Positions 1 to 13,189 of a stretch of 64,000 bases of DNA are shown piece after piece. The stretch lies in the NCBI RefSeq assembly GCF_040938485.1, contig NW_027271626.1:310001-374000 (forward strand), in the 5' to 3' direction. The position numbers and the translations under genes were made by a program. Numbering within the stretch: the first letter of the stretch is position 1; each line of letters begins with the position of its first letter. The notes under the pieces are model-generated. The model had not been told where the DNA came from, made no database searches, and saw only the letters and a program-made list of their open reading frames with translations. The stretch is from Diadema antillarum (taxonomy: Eukaryota).

Positions 1-1218
1 CACACATACATACACACAGACACACAAACACATGCACACACAAATGCTAATCTGACCACCACTTCAAGAACCATCAATACCCTTTATACCCATATGCGAG
101 GCAGAATGAGCTACGGAGCTACGAGGGCATTTATGAATGAACGAACTCTTTCCTCGGCGTCACTCCGTGTTATTGAACCCGCCCGCTGACGCCGAGCGAC
201 TTCGCAAATTGCACAACCCCGAGAAAAAAAGAAAGAATCAAGCCGAGCTAGCATCAGGGCATCATCCCATCATCATCGAAGATATGACGCTGCCCTCGTC
301 ACACCATAAAATCCGACAAGATTTCGATGGAGCACGTATTCTCTCATCGCTGTACCTGCAGCGGGTAATTCAATTTCTGCCTCTTTCAAGTCACTCGTGC
401 TGTGTTGAAAAGCTGTCACAACAGATGGTCAGGCTTTATTGCTTAAAGGCACTGCATTTAAAGTGGCAATGAACATAAAATCCCTGCTCTTGATGATTGG
501 AACACAAGTGGGAATACCCAGCACTTGTCTCTTTTCCCGACTTGAAGATACTTTAACTAGTGTGTGATTTTAATTTCGTTCCTGATTTCACTGCTTTACT
601 TTTGCACAAGTGGTGTTGGAAAAATAAAAATTTGTGGATGGGAACCTACCAATCTCTAAAAATTGTCTTTTTATGTGTAAGTAAACAAAGCTTGCATCAT
701 ATTGGTCACAGAATCACTACAGATACTAGCTGAATAAGAAGAAGTGAGCCCTGTATCTAGTCTTGGCACAGCTGCCTTACAGAAATTTACATGAAGAGTG
801 ATAAATATTATACTTTAGGAACTGACAACCAAAACAATGATGAAACAAAGAGAAAAAAACATATAAACAGAGAACCAATCAATACAACACAGAGACTGGT
901 AACAGATACCCTGGCTGTAAATATTTGGTGTGCTTAATAAGATGATGGACATTTCTACCAGACATGGCTTACTGGAAGTTTCAAGAGAAACTGAAAATAC
1001 AAGGGGAAAAAAGAACCAAATACCACCAGGAGGAAAATTTTCTGACAGAATATTAAATGCGTACATGAACGAAATCTTGTTCAGCCATCTTTAAGATTAG
1101 AAAGATCCAAAAGCAATGTCCCTGTATCATTGCTTAAAATGCAAATCAATGAATATATCAATCGATATTGATCAATAATTTCATGGAGAATATATTTTCT
1201 GGCAGTTGCTAGACTCAC

Positions 1219-1404
1219 CAGGAGTTTGAAGGAGTCTCCTTGCATCTGCTCTGGTGTCCAGTGTTCCAGCTTGGGTTCCATGTGGTGGACAAACTGGCGG
1301 TGGACCTCGGCCAGCTCCTTGATGCGGAAGAACATGGTATCGTACTCCTCCTCCGTCAACACGGGCTTGGAGGTCGAGATGCTGGCCTTGAAGATCTCCA
1401 TCAC
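1219..1404 (-). CDS. BCR: BCR/ABR DH-domain exon (186 nt, 62 aa; VMEIFKASISTSKPVLTEEEYDTMFF...GDSFKLL)
   Basis: Acceptor gttcag|GTG with an upstream cctaat branch-like motif, donor CTG|gtgagt, phase 0/0. Aligns to BCR [38 protein letters not shown]...QRVGDLFQKL. The gene continues to the left of the window. Confidence 0.93.
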
Positions 1405-3912
1405 CTGAACATGAGGGCAAGATCGATTAGGACGATGACGGTGATAATACATTAAATGGATTAATGTCAGATGCCGATCTTACCATACAGAGGAATTCCA
1501 CTATGTGGTCAGATTGACTTTATGAAGCAGGGTTAACTTTCACAATTACAACAGGAAATTTTCATGACAAAGATGCTAATCAAAAATTCAGAAATATCAT
1601 GGAATTTTGATGTTTTACACATATCAACAAAGCGGAAAGTGATCAAAGTCACATCAATGTCATCACCTCAGAGCTCTTCCACTGTTCTTTTAAAAAAAGA
1701 AAAGAAAAAAGAAAAGAACATTATGCACATTTTTGGGATCGACAATCGAGTGAAACTACAACTCCCCTATAAGAAAAGTCACCATCACCAAGTATTTCGA
1801 CCCTTGTGAAAGATATCTCTTTTTCAATTCATTCATTCATTCAAAAAAAAAAGGAAATTTAGTACAAATTTGAAGACATGCTAATATGACTCCTGTATGG
1901 AAATGACATCGTAACTTCATCTCTTATTCTGCATTGAGCTTTGACTGTATGATAATTCTCCACTTCAATAATATGTGGACATGACCAAACAAAGGTTACT
2001 GAGCCATTCCAACCCCCCCCCCCCATACACACATGCACATATTGCTTTCCAACCACTTTTCCTTTTATGACTCTACTGCCTTTTATTTCATTCTTATTCA
2101 ATACTCAACAAATGACTATTATGCCAGCCACTAACACTTCCCTTTTTTTCTCCATTTTCCCTCACTTAAGAGTTATTTCATGAGCCTGAGTCATCCAGAC
2201 TGATATTACCATCAGTTCGAGTCAGGGAAGCGGACTGTCAACATCAGGCCACTAGCTGACCAAATCCTGACCCAAAACTAACACCTTAGTAATGACCTAC
2301 GAGCCCCCTTGTTCAGCTTTCTTGGCCTGGCCAAACGAGAGCAATTACTGTACCATTGGTACATACAGACAAAGCTAACTGATCAGAGGGTCTAACATAC
2401 TGTGCCCATATGGAACAGGGAGGAATACTGGCACGGTGAAAGCTCCAGATTTATGCTCTATCCCCTACACCAACCACAAGGGGAAGTTGAAGAAAGCTTG
2501 ATCAAAGTGATGCTAGAGCCCCTCCCCCTCCCCCCCCCCCACACACACACACACAGACACATAAACAAACAGACAAAAAGAGGAAACAAAAAGAAAGAAA
2601 GCCATCCACTGAGAAAGTGGAGCTTTTTTCCTTCTTCTAAAATACTACAAGCTCACACACAAAGCAAAGAAAACAGAGTTTCCAACTGTAAATGGGTTCA
2701 GAGAGTAATAAAATATTAGTAGAGTCAAGTTCTTTTATCCTGTGAAACTACTCATCACACTGACATTTTCACTCCATGTCGAGGATTTGATTTGCCATTA
2801 CAACAATATCATGATCACTACCTCCAGGTGTACAGTGAACTTTTAAGGTACTTCTTGCTGGAGGCAAGAGACTTCCCACATAGACCCAGTTTGCCCATTA
2901 TGTTCTCGACCTTTGATATATCACTAAACAATCGATGTGAATGGAAAATGGTGGGAAGGAGCGAGAGAGGAGGAAATGTTCATATCATACTATGATCGTT
3001 TTCACACCTCTTGAGAAAAGTAATTGCAAGGCTGAATTACAATTACGATTATAATCACGATCAGAATTATTGTCTATACACCAAGGAAGGCTTCACAGAT
3101 TCTGCAATTTTGAATTTCAAAGCGAGGACAGAAGGCATGGCTTCTTTCTGAGTTCCAATCAGTCCTGAGTGGTGAGTAGTGTGCACTTTTTTATTGCAAT
3201 AGGAGCATTTGAGGAGTGCTGTTTCCCTGCAAATGTGGTTAGAAGGTCACCATAAGCTCCACCCCCCCCCCAAAAAAAAAAAAAAAAATACAGACGTCAA
3301 TCCATACACATGGCTGTTTCATTCCATAATTCTGGAGAATCGTGATTAGAAAGCACCTCTGTAACATTTGAATCACAATTGGAATTGCCATTCAAATCAG
3401 CCTCCATGAATCCAGTTTGTAAAGTGTATACACGCGGCTAAAATGCTTCATTAGAATCGTGATTCAAATTACGCACTCTTGGTACGTGTGAAAACAGCCA
3501 ATACTACTTCAAATAATGCAAAGGACTGTATCACAGAGTCTGTCACCCAGCCACTTTGCAGCTCTTTGATTATTCCATCCCATCATTACAATGCGTAGGG
3601 ACTTCACCTTTCAAATTCCCACATGGTCTTATGACCCGCACGTCTTCGAGAATTCCACATTATCTCAACGTTCAAAGTGCGGATTAATGATCTCACACAA
3701 ATGTTGTATTCACCTAGTCTGCCCTAATCTTTCCTACCAAAATAGAGATTCATAGTCAAAAGTTCTAGAGACCTTGTATTAGCAGGAAATGCAAATAAAA
3801 ATATGCGCTCTCAGGTATTGATAATGGCAGTCATGCTCTGTTTGTGAGGCATTTTCTGAGGCCATAACAAGACAACTGGCTCCATGAATATACCTCTCCA
3901 TACGTGTCAAAA

Positions 3913-4330
3913 TTTGTTAGGTGATACGCTAACATTGTATCACCTATTTTATTCGCTGGAAATCTTCATATATTGTTTATTCCTATTTCTTTCTGACAAA
4001 TTTTGTAAACAAAATATCTCAACAATGACGTGACCAGTTAACATGAAATTTTCAGTCAACATATCTCATATCAATATCTAACGACATTAACATTTTCATG
4101 TCAATAACTTATCTGTGACGTCATCTAGGCACCATTTCATGATTTTCAGATAATGTCAGATGATTGCTCATATCTTCATAACTAAATGTCATTTTCTTAT
4201 CATTTTCGGTAGACATAAAGTTCAAGTCATGTCTGATCACCTTGCACCATGCAATGTACACAGGTCATCATGGTGAAACTCATTCTTATCGTGAGCAGGT
4301 GACACAGAATACACTTTCATTCTTCTGACA
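3913..4330. mobile_element. Possible HINE-like element
   Basis: Hairpin TAGGTGATAC-N9-GTATCACCTA (3918-3946), with a related AGGTGACAC at ~4297-4305 followed by a weak stem-loop. Boundaries are uncertain. Confidence 0.4.
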
Positions 4331-6131
4331 GGGTGTGCACAAATGGTGTATTTCCTAATGTAAATGAACAACGATATCAATCAACACATCAAGCCCTAGA
4401 ATCTATCTCATCTAAATCACGTATCTTTGCTTTGGCGCTACATCTTTTACTTGTAATTTATACTATCCACTGCTGTAATACAGGGCAGTTCCATTGTAGG
4501 AAGGTTGGATACGAGGGTCCATTTTAATGGGGTAAATCGTTGGGTCCCAAAACCTTTACATGCTAGATTCCAACCTATGGGAAAGAAAAGTTTCTTTCAT
4601 TGTGAGATAAACTTTAGGCTGAAAAAAAGGAAAAACACCAAGAGGAATTTGTCAGATATAACAAAGAATTTTTTTTTTGCTCCCGAACTGAACAACATAC
4701 TGTCAAAATCATGCATTATGTCAAAATCACAAGCTACTTCAATGACCATTCTCTACATGTGTCTGCATTGTAATATTGCTGTGTGCTTGCATTATTTGAC
4801 CAGCACCACATTTACATGTGCTCCATATCATCTGAGCTTTTATTGGCTTACTGGATAAAAGTTATGCAGATCTTTCTATAGCAGGTCCCATTGGCAACAC
4901 GGTGGTCAAATCTAAAACTTTTGACAAAAAGCATCTAGATTTTTTTTTTTTTTTTTGTAAAAATTCTCCTACCACTTTTTAATTTATAATAGCATTTTTT
5001 GTTTTCCTGTTCACCGATACTGCCTTGTAAATACTGTACAAATATGTATCATGAAAGAATATGCTCATAGTACAGCATAAACATATAGGTTTGCAGGTAG
5101 TAAATTCTGATTTGAGCCCTTTTTGTTTTCATTTGTGGGGTTGTTTTGTTCTTCAGAATTATTTTCAAAAGCCTCCTTTCAGTCTTATATTTACAAGTGC
5201 ATCACTGGTTTTTAAATTGGCAATATATCTGAGGAGAAATGTCCTGTTTATCTCTCAATTTGGCATTTTTGTGTGTAAATTTCTATATTTTGTGCAGATC
5301 TGGTGATATTTTAATATAATTTATCTCTAATATAAAATATGTAGTAAAATTCAGAGATAAAAATGCCAATTCATTGACTAAGGATGATTATTTGCATAGT
5401 AGAATTTACTGGGACTTGATAGGTTAAAGGTCAGGAAATGAAGGGATGAATTCACATATCCAGTGTTCAACATTAATATAGCAAGTCTAATGTCGGACTC
5501 ATGGTGAATGCACAGCTCAGGACTTTCAACCAATAAGCGGAAGTACAAAGGACATTAGGTTTGTTTACACAGTGCTCAATACAACATGCCATTGTTTGTG
5601 AGGCAGCTGAGTATAACATACCTGGATTCAGAATTCATCAGAATTCCCCCATGAACTTCCCTCTTTTTCTTGAGACAAATAAAAAAAAGAATGACAAAGC
5701 ATGACTGTATAAATATGAATACAATCATCTGTTCTACAAACTAACCTTGTTTGTTTGAAATATGAATGATTCTGAAGCTACATGTATATGCTATCATGTG
5801 TTATAATTTCATAAACTTTAGAAACTATACCTGATTAACACAATGAATTATTTAGTGGAAATTATTCCCTGGCTGTCTGTCCAGGTTTAAATAAAATATG
5901 CCATGAGCAATGTACATGTACAGAAAATGTATATGATACTTATGCATGCTTTGTTTGGAAATACTGATAATACAAAGCAGTTTACTGATTGGAGATGGGA
6001 TAATTTACATTCTTTCCATTCTAATTCGTTCCATTGCCACTGTTTACCAATTTGAACAGAATATCTCACACCAATGTTCACAAACCTCAATACACTATGC
6101 CTTTTAGATGGCACTGGGTCTAAAATTAAAT

Positions 6132-6185
6132 GTGACACACGCCCCACTCAACAAGTGACATACGCCCCACTCAACAAGTGACATA
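6132..6185. repeat. 23-bp tandem repeat, ~2.3 copies
   Basis: gtgaca(c/t)acgccccactcaacaa repeated. Confidence 0.8.
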
Positions 6186-7196
6186 TATGTCCCCAGACTT
6201 TCACTTCATTTGCCTCATGAACAATACAAAATTATAAAACTTTGGACCCATCATACAGCTAAATATTGATAAACAGGAAGTACATCCAAGTTTCAACCTC
6301 ATGATACTCAGAATAACAAATAATATGAAACTCAGAATAACCAATAATATAAAGAGTTTCATTGCAAAATGGGTTAAGCACCATTCATAAACATTTTAAA
6401 GTAAGTCCACCATCAGATAGAGTGAAATAAAACCTTTCCAGTGATACATCACTTGTAACATAACCAGCAAGGAATAATCTAAAGATTGTGATAAAGTATT
6501 TTCCTATTTTTCTTTGTACTTTGTACACTTTGTACCTATAGCAGCTTTAACCACAAATACCTCACCTTCACAAGAATGAAGTTACCTTGTTTTGCAGTAA
6601 AAGTCTTTAATATGCTCATTACGCTAATTGATTTCAACATAAACATAGTGTCACATCATAAAGACATTATAAGCCTCTTTTCGACATCCATTCATTCTCT
6701 ATACATCCTGAAAACAGAATGCCTTCAAAGTGTACTTTTCAGCTTCTATCGAAGGTGCCGCACATCTTGTGCTATCTCTAGATCGTAAATACCAGCTCTA
6801 GAAACAGCTTAAACAACCAGGCAACAACCATTCATCGGGAGTTCAAATTGTGGTGCTATAGCAAATATCAACAATGAGTGCTTAGAAACCAAAGATACCA
6901 GTAGCAAAGCAGCTTCGATGATAGCTAGGGATACTCAACATTTTTGAGGGAGCAAGAACAACATTGATGGGAGGCCAATAGAGAGAATACTTACATTATT
7001 TAGCACAAAATATGGGTTTTACATCATTTCTGCCTTATTCTGTACATGCCAAAGTAAACATTATGAATATTTGGTAGGTATATCACAGCATGATGAGGTT
7101 GCAATTCAAATAGTTGAACAAAATGGCAAATTTATCTCATCAGGGAGGTGAGACACCTCCCTGATCTCATGAAGTCATGGGGGAATTCCCTTAAAA

Positions 7197-7200
<4 letters not shown>

Positions 7201-7246
<46 letters not shown>
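7201..7246. repeat. (ATC)n microsatellite
   Basis: About 15 consecutive ATC units. Confidence 0.95.
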
Positions 7247-7249
<3 letters not shown>

Positions 7250-10200
7250 GTAATCACTAAATTGGCACCTCTGAATTCCAATGCATAATACATCTTCATT
7301 TTGTATTATCACGCAAAACAATGTTGTGCATTTAAGCCAATCATCTACCTGTTTTCACAAGTTTCTACTGTTGGATTCAAATATCATGCAATAACTTTGT
7401 TCAATTGCCTGCTCATGTATGAAAACGGAGTGCAAAATCAATCAATGGATCAATTATATCTGGGGAAAATTTTCTGGAAATGGTTGAGTTCATAAAATTG
7501 TCTCAAGATCAGAAGGAAATTTACTTCAGAAAATTCCCCAAATTCAGAGGTAAAAATGTACTCCGCTCTTCTAAAATGAATGCCCAATTTAAAGATTGAT
7601 TATAAATTTGGCAACGAAAGGCTTTTAAGAATTCTGCAACTGTAATGAACAACTTAATATGAACAAGAAAAGGGCTCATACCAGGGAGGTGACCTTTCAT
7701 GTCACATCCAGGCTCACATGAAAGAGTACAATCAACTTTGGAATATGAGCAGAAGAATAACTATTTTATGTATAAAGCTCTGAATGTAAACTGGGAATTT
7801 CCTTTTTCCATCAACTTTAGCCCATTATTTCACATACACTGTACAAATCTTCAACTTAGACAGAATTATGTAACTGTATTTCTTTAATCTGCCATGTGAA
7901 GAATTAACTACGACAAGTAGGTATTATAAAAAAGATTGCAAGCTCGGCTAAAATGTATGTTGTGTTTGTATAACGGTGCATTCAGTCCACCTAGATTTCT
8001 ACATGCCATGGCAAGATTCAACACAAAGAGGCATACTCTAAACATAACATTGTCTCCTCCTTTGATCATAAACAAGGAATATTCAAGAAACAAAAGATTA
8101 ATATGCTGCTGAAACTAACAAATGACAATAGCAGACAAGTAACATGTTTTGTAAGGCTTGCCAAGTGTAAGGTGTTCTAGCAGCTATGCCTGCACTGGAT
8201 ACATACAGTACATGTCTATGGGAATCTGCAAGTTCACAGGTATACCCGCCCCTTTTTTGACAAAACCCCCGAAGTTTAGGCCAATTGTTAGTAAATTCCC
8301 TGCTGTGCACAGAGGAATGTAAGATTGATTGATATAATAAACAAGGTCGTTTAGGAGTCCCTATATCGGTTCTACAACCTGCGCCCAGAAACGCTCCTGG
8401 GTTTTTACGTGCTGCGAGCTGAGTGCTACGCTCCGGCAGCACATTATTATCATTGTTCACTGATCTCTGCCTGACAGGTAGATAATAATATTATCAGTGG
8501 GGTGGGGGAGCATGAGGGGTGGGAGTGTATGCGAACAGAAGACAGAAAAGCAGTAAAGACAAAGATAGATGCAATGGGGATGCCAACCTTGTAAACAGCA
8601 TTGCAGCATATTTTTGGTGGAAAGCAGTATCTCTACACATGTACCTTTACCTGTGCAGCAATACCAGGACTCAACACTAATTTTTCTCCTAGGGGCCAGT
8701 CCGTGCCTCCAATATCTTTACATTTCAAATTGTGGTAGCCTGAAAATAGAATAAATTGGCCTGAAATAAAGGGAAACATATCAATAGATTTTGAATCCTA
8801 GTTGCCCAATCAGGCCACCAGAAGATAAAGTTCTTTGTAGGAAATCTGAAAGTTTATTCCTTTTTAACACAAATCTGCACAATGCGTCCACTTTTTCAGT
8901 CTTTTGACATGTACACTGATGTAAAGATGATGAGGGAACAAAATGATATCATCCTGCCATAGACAAAAGATGGTCTGCACATACTGCATGATGATCACAA
9001 CTTTGGTGAGACCAATCAAGTTTCTACTTATCTTGCTATGAAATTTCTGTACTTATTTTTTTGTTTTTCAAATCAAGCAGGATGATCTTCTTCCAGGAAC
9101 ATGGATGTGGTCAGCTGCCAGGCAAAATAAAACAAAACGTTAAAATATCGAATGACTGAGAATTTATCAATATCTTGCTACCATTTCCTGTATAGTTTTG
9201 CCGAAGTGATTGAGAACACACAGCAGTAATACAGCCCCCCAATGTCTCTATACCCTGTACATTGTATAGTGACCAAGCACTCTATTCATCAACCTTTCCT
9301 CAATCTCAACAATATACACAAACAACAAATAAATTGAACATTTCCCTTAAAACTGAAAGGTCAAGTCCTCCTGTTCTGAGTAAACTACTACAAACAAACA
9401 AAAAGAATGACAATGCTTGGTGTCTACTTCACATTCTTATCAAATTAAGATAAGACATCAAGCTATGTGGGATTAGGTGAAGTTTGGACGCAAAAAAACT
9501 GTATTCAGACCAAATTTTAATGAGCCCCCACTTTCATGAATGCACCCTTTAAGCAAGAGATGATCTCCTGCATACAAAGTGCTATCCTGGCAGTTGGTTC
9601 ATATCGAAACAGCCAAAAAGGATAAGAGAATATCCTTATGAAGGTTGACCCATTCAAAAGTAATAGAACTTTCCAGATGATATTCTAAAGTGCTATGTGG
9701 AAAATGTGCACAAGAAACTGAAACTGATATATTAAAACCATAACATCGTTCTCTTCCACTGAATACAAGTTGAACAGCACCATATTTGCCTAAAAGATAT
9801 ATTCTGAACTGATCTTTGAATATCTTTTTGGAATTGGAGTTTTTCATACCTTTAGCTATGACCTGTAGACAATAGAACATTTAAAGAAGTAATGACAAAA
9901 TAGTCGGTAGGTACACCTGTAGCTTTCCATCTAAGAACTATCAGCATTTTAACCAAAACCATTGGAGGGCTTAAACACACATATTACAGCATATTTATTA
10001 CTGAGAGTCTTTCTTGCTTTCTTCTCTCTTCTAAGCATTTTAAGGACACCATCAATACTGCACATTAGTGGAACTGCTGATATTCACCCGAGTCCTGTGA
10101 CACAGATAACAGACCCACCCATCTTTATACGGATACTGCATTACTACAAGACCCATCCTACATTGATACTGCACTACTACAAGCCACTGTACACTAGAGT

Positions 10201-11186
10201 CCTGCATCACAGTTCACTGCATGTTATGTAATCAAACTACAGAACCCTTCCAAACTGCATTGTCCTAAATATTCTGATCAAAAAAGGAAGAGAAAAGTGC
10301 AGAGGATGTACAGACAGAGTCTCGGCAGTGGAAATACGCAGAAACCGGGTACAACATCCTGGACACGGGCAAATCACTTTCATTCATGAAGGTTAATTAA
10401 TCCTATCAGAGTCCACTACTCACTGACAACCACTGGTGTTTTGTAAACCAACAGGCTGCCAATGGGGATAAAAAGGTTTTACAATCAAGCTGCCGCACTA
10501 ATTCAAATCATGTCCTAGCATGCATAGTAAAAACGTGAGTGCAGTGTTTAACTAATACTCACATGGGACTCTAAACCCCAGAAAGCAATTTCCCCCTTAA
10601 AGAAAAATTGTCTTCTGTTTACTGCTATAATATACTCTCAGCTGTGTACTTCAGAAGCCAATACACACCTTATCACCGTCCCCCAACAATAAACACACAG
10701 TATACCACATTTACAATACCCTAAATACCTGTAGGTAATAAGTATTAAAATGCTGATGTGTGTGATCTTTGTAGTTCTGTGTGAAGGTGAAACCAGTGCT
10801 GTGAGAGAGAAATCAAATCAAAGCCTTCCGCTCAAGACAAATTTGCCCGTCATGTTCAAATTCAAATAATCATCACTTTTTTACTTTGTTCTAAATATAC
10901 TTCTCCTCTAATTTTACCCAAAATGAAACTGATTCGCTTTGATATTCACACTATTCATTCTATTTCTTTGAGCTGAATTTCTTATTTTTCACAAATTCAT
11001 TTTTTTTATCCCTTATTTGAGATTCACATGAAGATTTGCAGAATGAGGGATACTACATTTTAAAAGACCTGTAATAATGACAGACAGTCAACTACTTTCA
11101 TTTTTCTGAAGTAACTATATGATAATCTGATTCTTTTTCCGTGTCATTCTGTTTTCTTGTACGAACATTTGAGCGGCTAATGACTG

Positions 11187-11490
11187 CAGAGACTCCAACT
11201 CTCCCGTTTTCGACGGGAGATCTCCCGCCGAAAACCTATTTTTGCAAAATCTCCCGTTCTCCCGTTTGAGATTTGATTTCTCCCGCCCTGGCTCTGTGTC
11301 TCCCGTTCGAAAGGATTTCTTACTTATTGCTATTGTATGTTGCCAAAAATAAGCCTTATATAGCACCAGAGAGCATCTAGAACCTTGGGAACTTCGCGCT
11401 TCGCACACATCAACTTGGAGTCTCCCGTTTGCTAGGGGTTTCAGACGGGAGAATCTCCAGATCAGAAGGTGCTTTGGGTTGGAGTCTCTG
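11187..11490. mobile_element. MITE copy 1, 13-bp TIR CAGAGACTCCAAC, 6-bp TSD
   Basis: TSD TGACTG at 11181-86 and 11491-96. Internal repeated TCTCCCG motifs. Closely similar to 36093-36386. Confidence 0.9.
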
Positions 11491-13189
11491 TGACTGTACG
11501 TGGAAAAGCAAACATGCCACGACACTTGTCTAGCATTCCAGGAGTCATGGCTTGACCTTTGGAATTGGGTAGCTGGAATCACGCATGTTATTCTACGAAG
11601 CCATTCATTGTGCAGATCAGGATGAAAAAAATGCCACAGCATATTTGCATTATACACACAAAGTAGCCAACCTTCTGCACTTTCTCTCTCCAAACTGCTT
11701 CTGTGTACAAAGCCAGATGGACCAAAAAAAGCTTGAACTTGGAATGAGTTGAATGACACATGACCACATCACCATCACCCAGGTATGACAGCAAGGGTAA
11801 ACTGAAAAAAAAATATTGGGCAGTTTACCACCAGCAATAATAATGACATGCTATTTACAATGGCACAGTCTCTATCCGTATGTACACAAGTGGCGGTTAA
11901 TTACCACAGTCTATTGATCTTTATGTTGGCATGAATGCAGGTTCTGAGGTTAATAACCTCCTTGCATCACTGTTGACCCCTAAAAAAAAAAAATAATAAT
12001 AATAATAATAATTGTGTCATCTCTCCAACTTTCAACAAATGCTTCTTTCCTACATCAGGCAATTAATGGTGAATACATCATTCACTTAAATATAAAGCCT
12101 TAATGCAATTTTGGAAACTAATCTTTTTTTGTGCACATTATAGAATATGTGTTCTAAAAGGCTAGTAGTACAATTGCGCATTGTGGATGAAAAGAATGAA
12201 CAATGTGAAAAATAAGTTTTCATACTTGCTCAAGCAAGATGAAGTATAATCTAAACTCATAAAAGTGTGCACCAAATACTATTTTTCTTATTTTATGAAG
12301 AAAAAAAAAAACATCAACAACATAGCACCAAGATGCATGCCTACTGGTTATTCAGTTATTCTGTTTGTGAGAATGTGATTGGCAAGTTGGGTTGTAGAAT
12401 AGTGTTGATGTCGGAGTTTTCCCTAAACACATGTCACTTACACAGTGTGCCATCTGTCTGAATGCGACTGAAAAATAAAAAAGAGTTCTGCCATATATTT
12501 TCCTATGGTTTCCACATACTACACTAACAGTATGTGAAATCTATGTACAGTCTGTGCATATCCGAGAGCTCTGTTTAATACTTGTAACCCTCTGGTGCTG
12601 CGATCATTGACGTAACACTACCAGCACTAACCGTGGTACTTACGTGTTGAAAAAGCATACAGTTTTGCTGTAGGTTGGTACTGAAAAGGTTGTAAAAAAG
12701 TCGTAGTTTTGCCGTTGATTGAAAGTAGACGATAATGAGCAAGACCTTTTGTTACTGTAATCCTTCCCTTTGTGCTCGCTCCATACAAATTCAAACAATA
12801 GGAACTATAGGCGATTTCCAGCAGAGGGGCAGACTCTGGTGTCCTAATTACCTTTTGTCTTGGTGCATCGACGCGTGCGTAAATTTCTAAAGATGATGGG
12901 AATAGGATTCACTATCGGTGTCACCAATTTTGTGGAGCCATGCTTCGCGGTCGCCGATCGGCGGATTTGTTGAACAGCGCGAAAATCTCGTGTCTTTCGA
13001 ATGCTGGTAGAACATAATTAATGTCTGTTAACGTCAAGAAAATAAAATCGATAAGGCGTCGTATGTGATGACAGGTGGGCAGTTACAGCTTCCCTTCAAA
13101 ACTTAGATATGTTTGCATCAGAAATAGGTTGAGGAATATCCCGATTTTGTAGTAAGATATATTTTCTTTGCGGGAAAATCGGCCACCAA

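Noticed and set aside
137-472. CpG-rich patch with a 111-aa ORF as the next BCR exon
   Set aside because: Neither strand gives the expected DH continuation, and no convincing splice sites were found.
11115-11759. 214-aa minus-strand ORF, and the related 122-aa ORF at 36084-36452
   Set aside because: Both read through the 300-bp MITE copies, use non-coding-like sequence and show no domain.
12818-12835. CTCF-like CCAGCAGAGGGGCAG
   Set aside because: One extra G relative to the core consensus; a single weak match.
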